NCBI GenBank assembly: GCA_016748015.1
Contig: JAAOMT010000657.1
Coordinates: forward strand, 496,001 to 560,000
Direction of reading: 5' to 3'
Source: Geosiphon pyriformis uo1
Taxonomy: Eukaryota > Fungi > Glomeromycota
Length of the DNA: 64,000 nucleotides
This document shows, one piece after another, positions 12,075 through 24,269 of the stretch. A program made the position numbers and the translations under genes. The notes below the pieces were generated by a model that saw only the letters and a list, made by a program, of their open reading frames with translations, ran no database searches and was not told the origin of the DNA. Every line of letters starts with the position of its first letter. Positions within the stretch are counted from its first letter, which is position 1.

Positions 12075-14760
12075 ATGGTGAATTCACACAATAATTTTAT
12101 TTCACTTTGGTCTTTATTTAACTTTAAGCTACGCAACAAAAATAAACGACTTCACGAAGAAAGAAACATTTTCTTTATAATTTTATTTTCTCTTTCCATA
12201 CTAACTCATACCCTGGTGGTTGTAGAATCTGTACCATTAATCAGTAACAAATTTGATTCAATTGCTCAGTTTGAAAATCCGAGTATTAATAATAATGAGC
12301 TTGCCTTTGTAAATGATCCTTTAAACCTCTCTGAACCAATAGGGTCTAGCATAATTCCTGAATCAGAAAATACACCACTTAATGGGGAATTTAATATGGC
12401 TAATAATTTTGATTCTCCATCATCTACTACTATAGCATCAACATTTATTGATGGTGGAGAATTTCCAAATACTAATTCAGCACAAGACCAAATCGCTAGC
12501 AACCCATTTTTAACTCAAGACCAAATCCCTAGCGACTCATTTTCAACCCAAGGTCAAATTCCTAGTGACTCATTTTCAACTCAAGGTCAAATTTCTAGCG
12601 GCTTATTTTCAACTCAAGGCCAAATCGCTAGCAACACATTATCAACTCAAGATCAAGTTCCTAGCGACTCATTTTCAACTCAAGACCAAATTCCTAGCGA
12701 CACATTAACAACTCAAGACCAAATCCCTAGCGACACATCATCAACTGAAAATCAAGTCGCTAGCGACACGTCATCAACTCAAGACCAAATCCCTAGCGAC
12801 ACATCATCAACTGAAAATCAAGTCGCTAGCGACACGTCATCAACTCAAGACCAAATCGCTAGCGACACATCATCAATACAAGGCAATACCGCTAATCTAA
12901 TTGAAACACAAGATTCTCTTTCTAATCAGGAGTCTAATCAATTTTCAACGCAAACCATTAATGAAGGAGTTTTTCAAGCTCCTAAAACTTCCAACCCTCC
13001 ATCTGTCGCTTTTTTAAATAACGAAGCTTCTGACAATCAATCGAACTCTTTCGAAGTAGCAACGGCTTCCACTGATGATTTTCTTCAAGATACTGGGTTA
13101 GTTAAAAATAAGCCAGGATCAGCCCAAAATTCATTAAGTGCTAAACCAAGTGAATCTGAAATTTCGATCCCAGTCAAATCCCCAGTGCCTTTGTCACCAG
13201 AAAATGGGGGCAATAGTGATCCTACAACATCCACTGAAACTCAACCTAATGATAACTCATCAACGGCCCCTGAACCTACAAATACGTTACCAAGCTCTAA
13301 TAGTAGTAAAGATAATGGAGAATCCTTTGCGCATCGATTGATGTCAGAATGGGAAACTAACCAGAAACCACCAAGTATTTATACTCAAAATATTATCAAA
13401 AGTTGGAATAGAAATTCAGGAGAATCCATTAGTAGTGGTAGCAATCGTGAATCAACCCAAAACCCACCAAATTCGGAGCAACAATCTATTCAGGTGCAAG
13501 TTCCCCCACAAGAGTCATCGCAGCAACAAGTTCCCCCACAAGAGTCGTCGCAGCAACAAGTTCCCCCACAAGAGTCATCGCAGCAACAAGTTCCCCCACA
13601 AGAGTCATCGCAGCAACAAGTTCCCCCACAAGAGTCGTCGCAGCAACAAGTTCCCCCACAAGAGTCGTCGCAGCAGCAAGTTCCCACACAAACCGATCAA
13701 ACCACCTCTGGCAATATGCGGCCACTCACTGGCGACGTATTGAAGGGATTTAAAACATATGCATCTCTTGCAAACCTTGCCTATTGTACAGATCTACCGT
13801 TGGAGAAAGGAATGATGAAATTTGGGGACGGTGATGGTGTTTCAGGTATCTTAAATTCCTTCAAAAATCTTGTTAATTTTCAGCAAATTAAAAATTTTAA
13901 TCATCCAAATGTTTTATATTTGCTTAGGATTCGTGTATGTCAATCAAAAGGCTCATAATGTCATTTTTGGTTTCAAAGGGCCCACTTCACCTAATGATGA
14001 AAAACTTATCGATAAAAGCTCATTGGAACCTTATAAAGATGGTGGCCAAGTTCATGCTGGATGGTATAATACATACTCCAGCGCGGAACCTGGTCTTATT
14101 CCAAAAATGGTAGAATTTATAAACCCATTTTTGCAAACTTCCCTACCGTTCAAACTTTTTTTTACTGGCCACGATTCCGGTGGTGGTATGTGATTACTGA
14201 TCATAATCAAAGATGAGACAGTTGACTTGATTTTTTTGATCAGGATATTTTGATATTTATTTTCCTCTCATATCTTTCGTAACAATAATATCAGCCTACG
14301 CAGTATTCACAGCACTCGCTTTGCAAAAAAAATTTAGCCTCAAAAAAGTGTCCGTTCTTACCTTTGGTCAACCACGTCTTGGTGACGCCCAATTTGCTCA
14401 ACTCGTAAACTCTAGGCTTGTTGTATACAGAATCACTGTGGGCAATGACATTGTTTCGAATACACCATCGCGAGATAATGGTTACATCCATTTCCAAAAT
14501 GAAGTTTGGTATAACAAAGGCTCCGCTTATGTTTGTCGTGCTCCTAATGGACAAGAAAATCAGGTTCGTTTTCAGATCTTTATTTTGGCAATTTCTTTAT
14601 TTCAAAAATAACCCTATTTTTCTTTCAGAGCTGCAATCAAGGCCAGAAGCCGTTAAGTTCCGAGCTACACGATGGTCGTTACTTTGAAGTCATGATGAAT
14701 CATTGCCCTAGACCACGTGTCAATAGTATTCCTGGTTTTTCGAGGGCCCAAGTCGCATAA
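12075..14760 (+). CDS. Secreted mucin-stalk Lipase_3-fold protein B (~809 aa), nucleophile motif GHDSG
   Basis: Exons 12075-13845, 13928-14185, 14295-14563 and 14629-14760, with the same three intron positions and phases as lipase A. Motifs: YASLANLAYC, VIFGFKG, QVHAGWY, FTGHDSGGAYA, TFGQPRLGDAQFA, RITVGNDIVSNTP, YIHFQNEVW, LHDGRYF. Confidence 0.92.
12481..12876 (+). repeat. Coding 33-bp repeat x12 (TQDQIPSDxxS) in lipase B
   Basis: 11-aa periodicity in the translation and 33-bp periodicity in the DNA. Confidence 0.95.
13498..13686 (+). repeat. Coding 30-bp repeat x6 (QVPPQESSQQ) in lipase B
   Basis: ttcccccacaagagtc at 13501, 13531, 13561, 13591, 13621 and 13651. Confidence 0.97.
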
Positions 14761-15163
14761 TTTTGTAAAATACTCGGTATTTATCTCACTATTACCATTA
14801 AAACTTAAATTCAAGATTTCGGTGTTAGATTTATGACTAGAAAATTTATCAAATCTATTGTTAAAATAGGCATTATTCCAATGTTTGATAGGAATCTTTT
14901 TACGATTGACTGAACCTTGTATTCTGCAACTACTTGGATTACCAGATCGTGAAGAATACTGCGAAAAAGTATAATATATGATATGGGGCGTGCTGCAACA
15001 AAATCAGACAAAGTGAACATTAAGGATGACGCTATCCTGCTGGAATTATTCACATAGGTGATAATTTGCTTGATTTTCACTCTCCCTACTTATTTTAACT
15101 CCCTGAGGTTCTTTCAAATTTTTATTGGGTACATAATAAAATATAAAATAAAAATGAATAAAC

Positions 15164-15703
15164 ATGAATAATAATTGCGATTCTCTCTATTCACTAATCA
15201 AACAAAAATCCCAAGAAAAAGGTCGTCCGTAAAAAATAATTTGTGATTGAGATGATTGTTTACAAGCAACGAAACCAAGAGTGGTTTTTGAGAATACTCG
15301 ACCTCGTATTCCCTTTGAAAAAATTTTGGGAGTTTGATTTCCATAACTATTGGCAATTCAGAAACTGAAAAAGCCTGAAAAAGATTTTTTAATGAAAGAA
15401 GGAGTATTAGTGAAAAAGTAGAGTATCTTAAAGGAGATAAACCCAATGATGACTTGTATAATTATTTAAAAGAAGTTTTCAACCCAGTTTTTATAAAAGA
15501 ACCCTTTTATTTCCACTTTTGATGACTTATTGTTAGCATTAAATGAATACTTATTTATCATTTCCACTATTTATACGCCTTTAGCTCTAGAAATCGACAA
15601 AGAATTGATAAATAGAATAAAAAGGTCTAATGAAAAGAAGCAGGATACAATATTCAAAATTGCTTCTAATTATCAAAAACCACTGCTGATGCCGCTAGGA
15701 TAA
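15164..15703 (+). pseudogene. Decayed intronless HAD-like gene with UGA at Trp-like positions; probable Mollicutes-related endobacterium (MRE) origin
   Basis: MNNNCDSLYSLIKQKSQEKGRP*KIICD[TGA]DDCLQATKPRV gives HAD motif I (hhhDxD) if TGA=Trp. Later frames read ETEKA[TGA]KRFFNE and PFISTFDDLLLALNEYLFIIST. One TAA and several frameshifts are present. Confidence 0.55.
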
Positions 15704-15959
15704 AAAAGAACCCAGAGGGTAACTTCTTTTCTCATCCCTAAGAAGTAATTAAATAATCTTTTTGACTTGTCCAACTCTTCTTTTTCTTTAAAGTCTACTT
15801 TAAATTTTGTAAACCAAATTTCTAACATTAATGAAAAGATTTTAGTGTTAATTAAATATTTATCTAATAGAAAAGTAACTGGTCTTAATATTTACCATAT
15901 CAAAGTTAGCACAAGTTATTTAAAATATCAAGATTTGTCTTAAATGAAAATAAACAGTT

Positions 15960-16704
15960 AAAGAAAGAATTATAAACTATTAAAAATAAAACTTCGAAGA
16001 AAATTTACAACCAAATTATACTAAAAAAATTAAATTCAAAAATGTAAACAAAGTTTATAAATAAAACTATTTAAAAACAAATCACAAAAAAAAATTGCGT
16101 AATTTTCAATATAAATTATAAATAATGTTTAATTTATTTAAAAAAAACATTAATTTTTTTTTACTATATTTACAAAAATAATTAACACAATTTATTATAA
16201 TCTTGTAATAAAATTTTTTATTTAATTTAAAATTATTATTATATTTAAATTTAATATAATCTAATATTTTTATAATAATTACAGATTACTAAATATAAAT
16301 AAAACTATTTTGTTTTTTGTATTATTACAAATGATTTAAATAATTTTTTTTTTATTTGGTTTTTTAATTTTATTAAATATTAAATTAAACATATTAATTA
16401 ACAAGTTTTTTGTTTTTTTGTTAATTTAATATTTTTGTTTTTTTGTTAATTTGGTATTTTTATTATAATAACCTTTTTTTAACTTGGTTTTGATTAATTA
16501 ATTTTGAAATTTTTAATAAGTCTTAATCTTTTTTTTGGTTACAGTTTTAAATTAAAAATTATTTTTCAAATATTAATATGTATTATATAAATTAAGTTTA
16601 AAAATTTATAATTTGTAAAAAATGTTATATTTTAAAACATGTAAATTTGTTAAAAAGTTATAATAAACAAACTTAGAATTTATTTTTACTAATAAAAAAA
16701 TTTC

Positions 16705-16743
<39 letters not shown>

Positions 16744-16920
16744 TTTTAAAAGAATTATTATTTTAGTTTTTATTTAAACATTTTGGTATTATTATAAAAC
16801 TGTAAAAAAAAAACAAATAAATTTTCTTAATTTAAAATATTTCAATATTTATTTAATAATTTTTGCTTTTTAATAAATTATATAAGTTATTTTTTATTTG
16901 AATATTTCTTAATACTTAGA
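15960..16920. other. Extreme A/T-rich block (probable terminally mutated repeat DNA)
   Basis: Almost no C or G and no ORFs; preceded by a LINE RT-like scrap LIKYLSNRKVTGL at ~15845-15890. Confidence 0.7.
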
Positions 16921-16999
16921 CACAAGACACATTAAATTTTAAAAAGTGAGAATAAATCTAATAAAACAAGAGTTTGATAAGCAACAAAAAATCACAAAA

Positions 17000-19085
17000 T
17001 TGTACACAATGCTAAAACACAAACATCTTAAGTGTCTTGTCATTTGGAAAAAGCCATTCTCAAACTAGGCACCTCATTTTTGCCCAGTTTTATACATGAC
17101 ATAATATATTTCTATAAAAAAATTTTTTTAGATTCAATTACGAACAGAGAATAAATTCCTCAGACAAAGGAAAGAAATATTATCTTGACCATGAGAAGGA
17201 GTTTGACAATATTAACAATATTGGAAAAGGAAACATATTTAAAAGGATAATTTATTTTCAACATCTTTTCGACCACGAATGTTCCTGGCGCTGCCAAATT
17301 TATCCGAAAAAGCTCACCTAAAATATTTTGCACACAATTTCTTGAAGTTTTTAATAATATTACTGTGATATTTGGAATGTCGCATCTTGGCAGGTGGACT
17401 GAGGTTTTTGAAAATAAAGAATTCCTACTCAGTGCAATCATAATTAAATAGAATACCATCAGCCTTGCATGCTGAACCAATACTACTGGAGACCAATTTG
17501 CAACATCATTTTGACGAAAGAACATCATTCTCATTCCTATTCAAATAAAGATTGTTAGACGAGTTCTGGCATTTCTATTAATTGCAACTACCATCGACTC
17601 ATAAAAAGTGAAGCATATCTTTAAATTTTCAAAATCAGGTGCCATGACTGTTAAAGTATGTGTTCTTGTCCATGGAATCATCAAGCTTTTCCCTATGACC
17701 TGCTTGTCGAGCATGTGCTTCAACAAATTGAACTCCTGTGTGCCAAAACCCTCAATTCCTTTGGTTGCTTGTAGGTAGTGTTTATTTCTCACTAAAAATA
17801 TTCTAATTATAACAGGACAATAAATCAAAGAAATTTGAAGAGAACAGAAGCATCTCTTATCATAACATTATCTATTATCCATTTTTTAAACCATCAAGAT
17901 TAATTCAAGGCATAGGCGTGGATTAAGCTGTCGTTTTTAATTTCTTAAAAAAGTACTGATTCACTAAAAGATTTTTTAACAATTTGAGCTTCAGTCGATC
18001 TATGCAATAAGTAATTACACATGAATAAGACTATATTGTAATCAATTAAATGTTTATAAGAACTCATTATGGTATCTTTTTTCGAATTCTTCATCAGTAA
18101 TAGAATCCATCTCTTCTGCTTTTAAAACCTCATTGTCTTCAGCTCTTTAAGATTTGAATAGAATATTAGAACTTGAACACACAAAATATTTCAAGCTATG
18201 GCCCTTAGTAAAGATAATTACAAAGATATTGTCCCTGCGCATCCTCTAAAATATAGAGATGTAGAGTAAATGGATGGTTTAACATGAAAATATGATGAAA
18301 TTAAAATGTTGAGCAACCTTTTCAAAAGCCTTCCTTCGACACTTGGGAGCTTTCATTGTCATGGATTAAAAAAGGTTGTCATCGACATCCCTGTAATTCT
18401 CAGAGTTATCATCATCTCGTTGCTGGACCAATGAAAAATATTAATGTTGTTTCACAGAGACAATCCAACCAAACGGATTAACTGACTTACTCTTTTATGA
18501 CCCAGGACAATTCCTTTTGCACGATTTTCTGTGACTTCGTCATCAAGGTTTCTATATGCCTAGACAATTTCTGTTGCACGTTTAACCATAGTCAAAATGG
18601 CCGAATTCTTCCAGAGGCTTGACTGATTTGATATCCTCCTTGGCAATAATAAGAATACATAAGTGATACAATTTAAACTATAGGAACGACGAAACACAAA
18701 ATAGCATATTGGCAGTATGTGGATGGAAGGTCTCCGCTTGCCCACCATCCCTGGCGCGTAGTCAGAAAAGCATAGCAAGTGACCTGCAGATCACCTGTCC
18801 CAGCGTGTAGTTGAGGCAGGTCCCCGATTCGGCTAATTTGCTGAGACATACTCAATAAGAGGTGCAAAACGATCCTCCATCCACCTAAATTAGAACTAAG
18901 CACTGACCTTCTTCGCATTCACAAGACGACGAGCGTTTTTGACTTCGTTTTCAGTTGATGTGTCTTGTAAGAGCACGGTATTTAAATAATTGTAGAAAGT
19001 TTCATGGCTCTTTAATTTGAGGGCTGGCCAGGAACCAAAGCTGGGAAATCCGTGAAATATTTTTTATAATTTTCGACAGACTAAT
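17000..19085 (-). pseudogene. Decayed multi-exon gene, possibly a PD-(D/E)xK-nuclease/Crinkler-type multicopy family member
   Basis: Exon-like pieces HETFYNYLNTVLLQDTSTENEVKNARRLVNAKK|gt, RATEIV*AYRNLDDEVTENRAKGIVLGHKR|gtaag, cag|QRDDDNSENY and SIGSACKADG, with in-frame stops and frameshifts. The family call is weak. Confidence 0.4.
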
Positions 19086-19215
19086 TGGACGCGTTAAAAA
19101 ACAAGATTCGAGACCAACAGAACATATCCCGGTGACGTCACATCTTATGAGATCACAAAGTAGCAGTGACGTTTTATTAAAAATTTGAGGCAATCGAGTC
19201 CATTCAACCCCCAAA

Positions 19216-21190
19216 ATGTTTGATCTGAATGTGTACGGTTACGAACACGAACGCGTTATAAAAGCCTTGAATGGGATTGGAATTCGAACTGGTCTAAATA
19301 AAGATTTCTATTGTCTTCCTTTTCTTGATAAACTGTAATATAACCTTTACGTTCAAACAGAAACCGATTTATTATTCGTGACAGACGAGATTGTCCTTTC
19401 TCAAGTCAAGTTCTATCCACCGGTATTTTGTATTATAAACTCGCTCTTTATAAAATACGTTTCCTAAAGTAGACCTTCACTAGTTATTTGGCACTTTGGA
19501 TAAAACAGAGAGCTCAACTGGAAGCCTTTCGTGCTCAAGTGGTTAGAAGGTTGAGAGCTGTACCAAAAACTGGTCTCAATATATTAAATGAAAAAGAAAA
19601 TTGTCAGCCATTGTCGACGGGATGTTTTGCGTAATTTTTTCTGGGTCTTAGTTACAATTTTTAATACCGATGCACACTGTTGAATCTGATGTGGGTATTT
19701 TGCTATCCATTGAAAGTATCGATAAGTTATTTTCTGGTGGGATGTATCCTGGGGAAGTCTCCGAAATAAGTGGTCCTACTGCAACTGGAAAGACTCAGGT
19801 ATAAAATTGCTTCAGTTTTTTGCCTTGTCATAAATCCTCACTCAATTTTAAATAAATCGAATGAGAACTAATTTCATGTAGTTAGCGTTCTTTGCTGCAA
19901 TCACGACGATTACTTCTTCACCCGATAACAATGTGTTGTTCATTGATACTTCGAATTGCTTTTCGGCCCAACGTGTCAGCTCCCTTTTTCTTAACAGTGA
20001 TAGATTTGTCAATGCACGAGATTCCGGGATGGCATGATAGATTCACAATTATTTTTGTTTTATGATTAAGGCTTAAAATCACTAAAAATACCTACTTTAC
20101 CGAAATATTAGGATGAAGTTGACTTAATGGAAAAATTAAGGGTGTCACATTGTTTTGACATATATGCAGTTATGGATGCGATTCAGGCTGTGGCAGACAG
20201 TATTGCGCAAGAGGTATTGAAGCTGTTCCCGTATGATGCACATTTCTGTTTAAGTCTAAATTAATATTGACTTTGATTTTTCAAAAAAGCGTGAAGTTTT
20301 TTATTCCAATCTTCGTTTGATTATTATCGATTCAATCACAGCAATTTTATCTTCCCTTTTAACCATTTCTACCAGTCAAGGTATTAAATTTTGATTCAAA
20401 TATTGTTAGATATGTAAATAATTGGAGTCACTAATGCTCTTGACTCTTTAGGACATTCACTCATGCTAGGCTTGTCACGAATGCTTCATACTGTTGCCAA
20501 AAAGCACCAAATTGCCGTTTTGGTAGAAGTGTCTTATAGATTTTAAAATTTAAAATATTATATCTAAAGCTAAAAGAATAAAATTCTCATTTAGGTGATA
20601 AATTCGGCAGTACGTGCACATCCAAATAATTCAATGTCAGCTTTTTCATCAACAATGACCAAACCTGCCCTTGGCTTAACCTGGACTTATCTTCCAAAAG
20701 TCCAACTCCACATCACACACTGTCCACACGAGTTCTCAGAATTCGAAGCTGATGAGGGACCAAAGTTGCAAGAATATATTTACACAAATCGTGATGGTGA
20801 AGAGTTCGTAGTTACAGCAAAGATTGTTGAGGTTTTGAGATCTAGGAATGAGGTTTGAGATTATCTAGATATTTGAACTAGCACCCAGTTGTAGAGATTT
20901 TTATCTGTTTGACCATCCAAGTATTAGCTCAATGAGCGTAGTACTAAGCCAGACTTTTGAAAATCGTCCTTCGGCGGCATATCTGCCTTCAGATGCAATT
21001 ATATATTTGAGTATAATTTGGAAAACTGATTATTATTATTTTTTTACGGTGGTCGAAAGCAAATGGGCAGATGGTGCTTCATATATATTGTAAGTTAGAC
21101 TCCTGCTTTTTGAAACGCAGCAATTGAAATTGGTCTTCATTTATAATGGGGCTTTTATCAAAGGGAGGCTCGGAAATTTTTACGCCATGA
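19216..21190 (+). CDS. RAD51D: RAD51 paralog, RAD51D-like (about 11 exons)
   Basis: Spliced pieces LSTGCF/IDKLFSGGMYPGEVSEISGPTATGKTQ (Walker A), VLFIDTSNCFSAQR, LRLIIIDS (Walker B), GHSLMLGLSRMLHTVAKKHQIAVLVINSAV and KPALGLTW; ends GGSEIFTP*. Confidence 0.88.
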
Positions 21191-22224
21191 ACAGAGATTT
21201 CAGTACATCTTATTAAAATATCCGAATTCTGAAGGTATGAAACATATGATAATTGTTTTTCTATATTCTTGACTATTCAAATTGTGATTATTAGCATGTT
21301 GTCTAAAAAAAATTGATATGTAATAAAAGATCTTTGGAAATTGAACTTTGAAAAATATATTTAATATAACAAATTACTTTTAAATTCCCAATTCTTTATT
21401 ACATAAACGCGACTAAATTTGAAATGAGATTTTTTCCTTTTTTTCAGAAATTTGATGCTTACCAATTAAATCCTCCCCGCTAAAAATCGAAAAGTGAACA
21501 AGTTTTCCGGATCCCGTTAATCAAAAATTTTTTCCTTCCACAAACAGTAGAGTAAAAGAATTAATTTTAGGATATTATATGAAAAAAAGAGATCGATTCC
21601 ATTGAGTTGGAAAGGTTTTTCTTAAACAATATACCTGTATATTCTTTTGACTGAACTCACCCTTTTTTTATTATCATAATAAAAATTTATTTGCTTCTGC
21701 TAAAAACATTTTTTGGTGAGCAGGATTTCCATCATTCCAAGATATAACCATTTGGTAACGTGCTAGGGGTTGGAGTTGTTTGGTTACCTGTGTCTCTGTA
21801 TCCTATTTCAGAGTAGCGCAGAGGGATTTTGGTAAAAGAACAAGTGTACTTGTTTCATAAAAATGTTTTCCTTTTTAAATGATTTTTCGTTAATACAGTT
21901 TCCTGAATTAATAATTTTAATGAAAATCCTTTCTTTGATCAATTTAGGTTTCTTTTCGCGAAAATGAGAAGTGTATATTTTTCAAATCTCGAAAAAACAT
22001 GATTTGACACTTTTAATTTTAATATATTTCTTTACTCCTTTTAATTTTGCAACTAGTTCAATTAAACCACTGGCACATTGAATTTTGTTGCTACCAAATA
22101 ATACATTTTTTCTATCTAGCAACAAAATTAACTTGAAAAAGTTCTGGATCGAATTTTAAAAGATAGATAAAAATTATTGACTCAAGAGTTTCAAACAATG
22201 GATATTACAAAGTCAGAGCAGCCA

Positions 22225-22908
22225 TTAACGTAAGAACCTGTTTACTTTTTGCCTCCTAAATTCTCTGATTAAAGGTCTAGGGATTTCCCCAAACTTTCTA
22301 AAACCCTTTAATGACGATCGAATCTCAAAATGAAAATCTTTCAGCACTCGATCTCCATCACAATTGAAACGATATTCACCACGATACAAAGCATAAGGGA
22401 ACCCCCATTCAGCAGCTTTCGCATACCAATAATTAGTAATTAATCTGTCAGAAGTGTAGGTAGCTAATTGAATAGCTCCTTGTGGGTGTCCTCGTTTAGC
22501 AGACTTTTCATAAAACTCCAACATTTTCTTTCGATCAATCTCAATGGTGGCTCCAATACGATAAAACATTCCTATTTGTGTCAATGCAAATCCATCTCCT
22601 TTTTCACCGGCGATCGTGTACCATTTGAATGCTTCCTCATTATTTAAGGGTGTACCGATTGAGTAATTATAAAAAAATCCAAGTAAACTATTGCATTGTG
22701 CGGAATGTTTTTGATGCATTAAGAGGTTAAATGCGTATTCCAGGGACTTGTTTTGTTCAAGAGTAATCCAAATTCTAAGACCATCAACAACTTCATTGTC
22801 CCACCCAATATTTGTCATTTCATTGTATTCCTTTATAAGTTTAGAAATGAACAATAAGTCTTCTTCCAAAAGTTCTTGGGTTTCACCTTGATTCTTTATC
22901 GATTCCAT
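22225..22908 (-). CDS. Sel1-like repeat (HCP-like) protein, intronless
   Basis: From ATG 22908 (MESIKNQ): LLGFFYNYSIGTPLNNEEAFKWYTIAGEKGDGFALTQIGMFYRIG...FYEKSAKRGHPQG...WYAKAAEWG. Confidence 0.88.
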   Translation of the reverse strand: MESIKNQGETQELLEEDLLFISKLIKEYNEMTNIGWDNEVVDGLRIWITLEQNKSLEYAFNLLMHQKHSAQCNSLLGFFYNYSIGTPLNNEEAFKWYTIAGEKGDGFALTQIGMFYRIGATIEIDRKKMLEFYEKSAKRGHPQGAIQLATYTSDRLITNYWYAKAAEWGFPYALYRGEYRFNCDGDRVLKDFHFEIRSSLKGFRKFGEIPRPLIREFRRQKVNRFLR

Positions 22909-23179
22909 TTCTAATTTTCTATTTCGCAAAAATGATATTATGAATAATAATAATCTCTTATAAAACTTTTCGAAGGCCAAATTTTGCGAACCAAAAAATA
23001 ATGAAAAAGTTAGACTTAAAGAAATAAGGGATAAAGAATCATTCCTGCTGTAATAACTAGGTCTCGCATTATTTAATTCCCAGAATCTCGTGTAATGTCA
23101 TGGGGGTTTTAGTAATGAATGTAATAGACCCGGGTCTATAATACTGATTGGATGATGTAATTATCATGTGGTTTAAAAA

Positions 23180-24269
23180 GAAAAATTCTGAATAACTTTG
23201 TTATATTAATACAATTCAATTGATATTATTTTATTACAAACATATATCCATTATAACTGATTTTAAATTTTTATTAACTATTGAGCTTTAAAAATATGTA
23301 TAATTGTTATTAATTAATAAAAATCAAAACAGAAAATTGTTTTTATTTAATTCTTTTAATTTTTATAATTAATAAACTTATTTTTATGATAGTTGTTTTT
23401 ATTTTTTTATTTATTTTTTTTGTTATTTTTGTTATTTATATTCACAATTCTGTAATTTTTATCAATTTCAACAAATTTGTTGTTATAATTTAATTCTGTT
23501 TTACTATTATTATTATTATTTTTATTGGTATTAAATATATAATTTTTATTTATATATTAAACCTTATTTTTTATTTTGTTATAATTAAATATTAAATTAT
23601 TTTTTAAGATATTTTGTAAATTAAAAATACTATAACATTTAAAAAATCTGCAAATAAGTCCAAAATTAATATTATTTCATGTATTTTTAATTTATTTAAT
23701 AATAATATTATAAGTAAAATATTAAATTTGTTTAATAAATATTGATTTTTTGATTTTTTTGGTTATTATTATTATTATTATTTTATTTGTTTTTATAAAA
23801 TGTAATTTAATTATTATTTATTATAATAGAGCTGCTATATATTTTAAAATAAATATAATTTACATATTTTTTATATGTAATTAATTATTTAAGTTAATTA
23901 AAACTATATTATACTTTTATAAAATTTATAAAATTTTTAACAATATTTAACCAATTTATTAAATTTAATAATTTAAATATGTAAATAATAGTGTAATTAA
24001 AAGTATTAGATTAAATTTTATAAGTTAAAAATTTGCTAATTTATATTTATATTTAATAAAGATTTTTTATAAAAATTGTTAATAATAATTAAAAAATAGT
24101 ATAATCAAAAATATTTAAGCAAAAAATATATTAAATATAAAGAAAAAAAATCTTAAATTATGTTTTTATTTATATTTTAGATATAATTAAAAAAATTAAA
24201 ATTTTTTTAATAAACTATATATTTGAATAAATTATTTTATTCAAGTTTTAATTATTAATTTATTGGTAT
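23180..24269. other. Extreme A/T-rich block
   Basis: Near-absence of C and G; abuts a LINE relic. Confidence 0.7.

Noticed and set aside
13490-13687. Metallothionein-like GTCCCDDSCG repeat ORF
   Set aside because: Antisense reading of the QVPPQESSQQ repeat; no independent support.
14790-15110. Possible second code-4 ORF upstream of the HAD relic
   Set aside because: Two in-frame TGAs but no recognisable motif in any frame; left unresolved.
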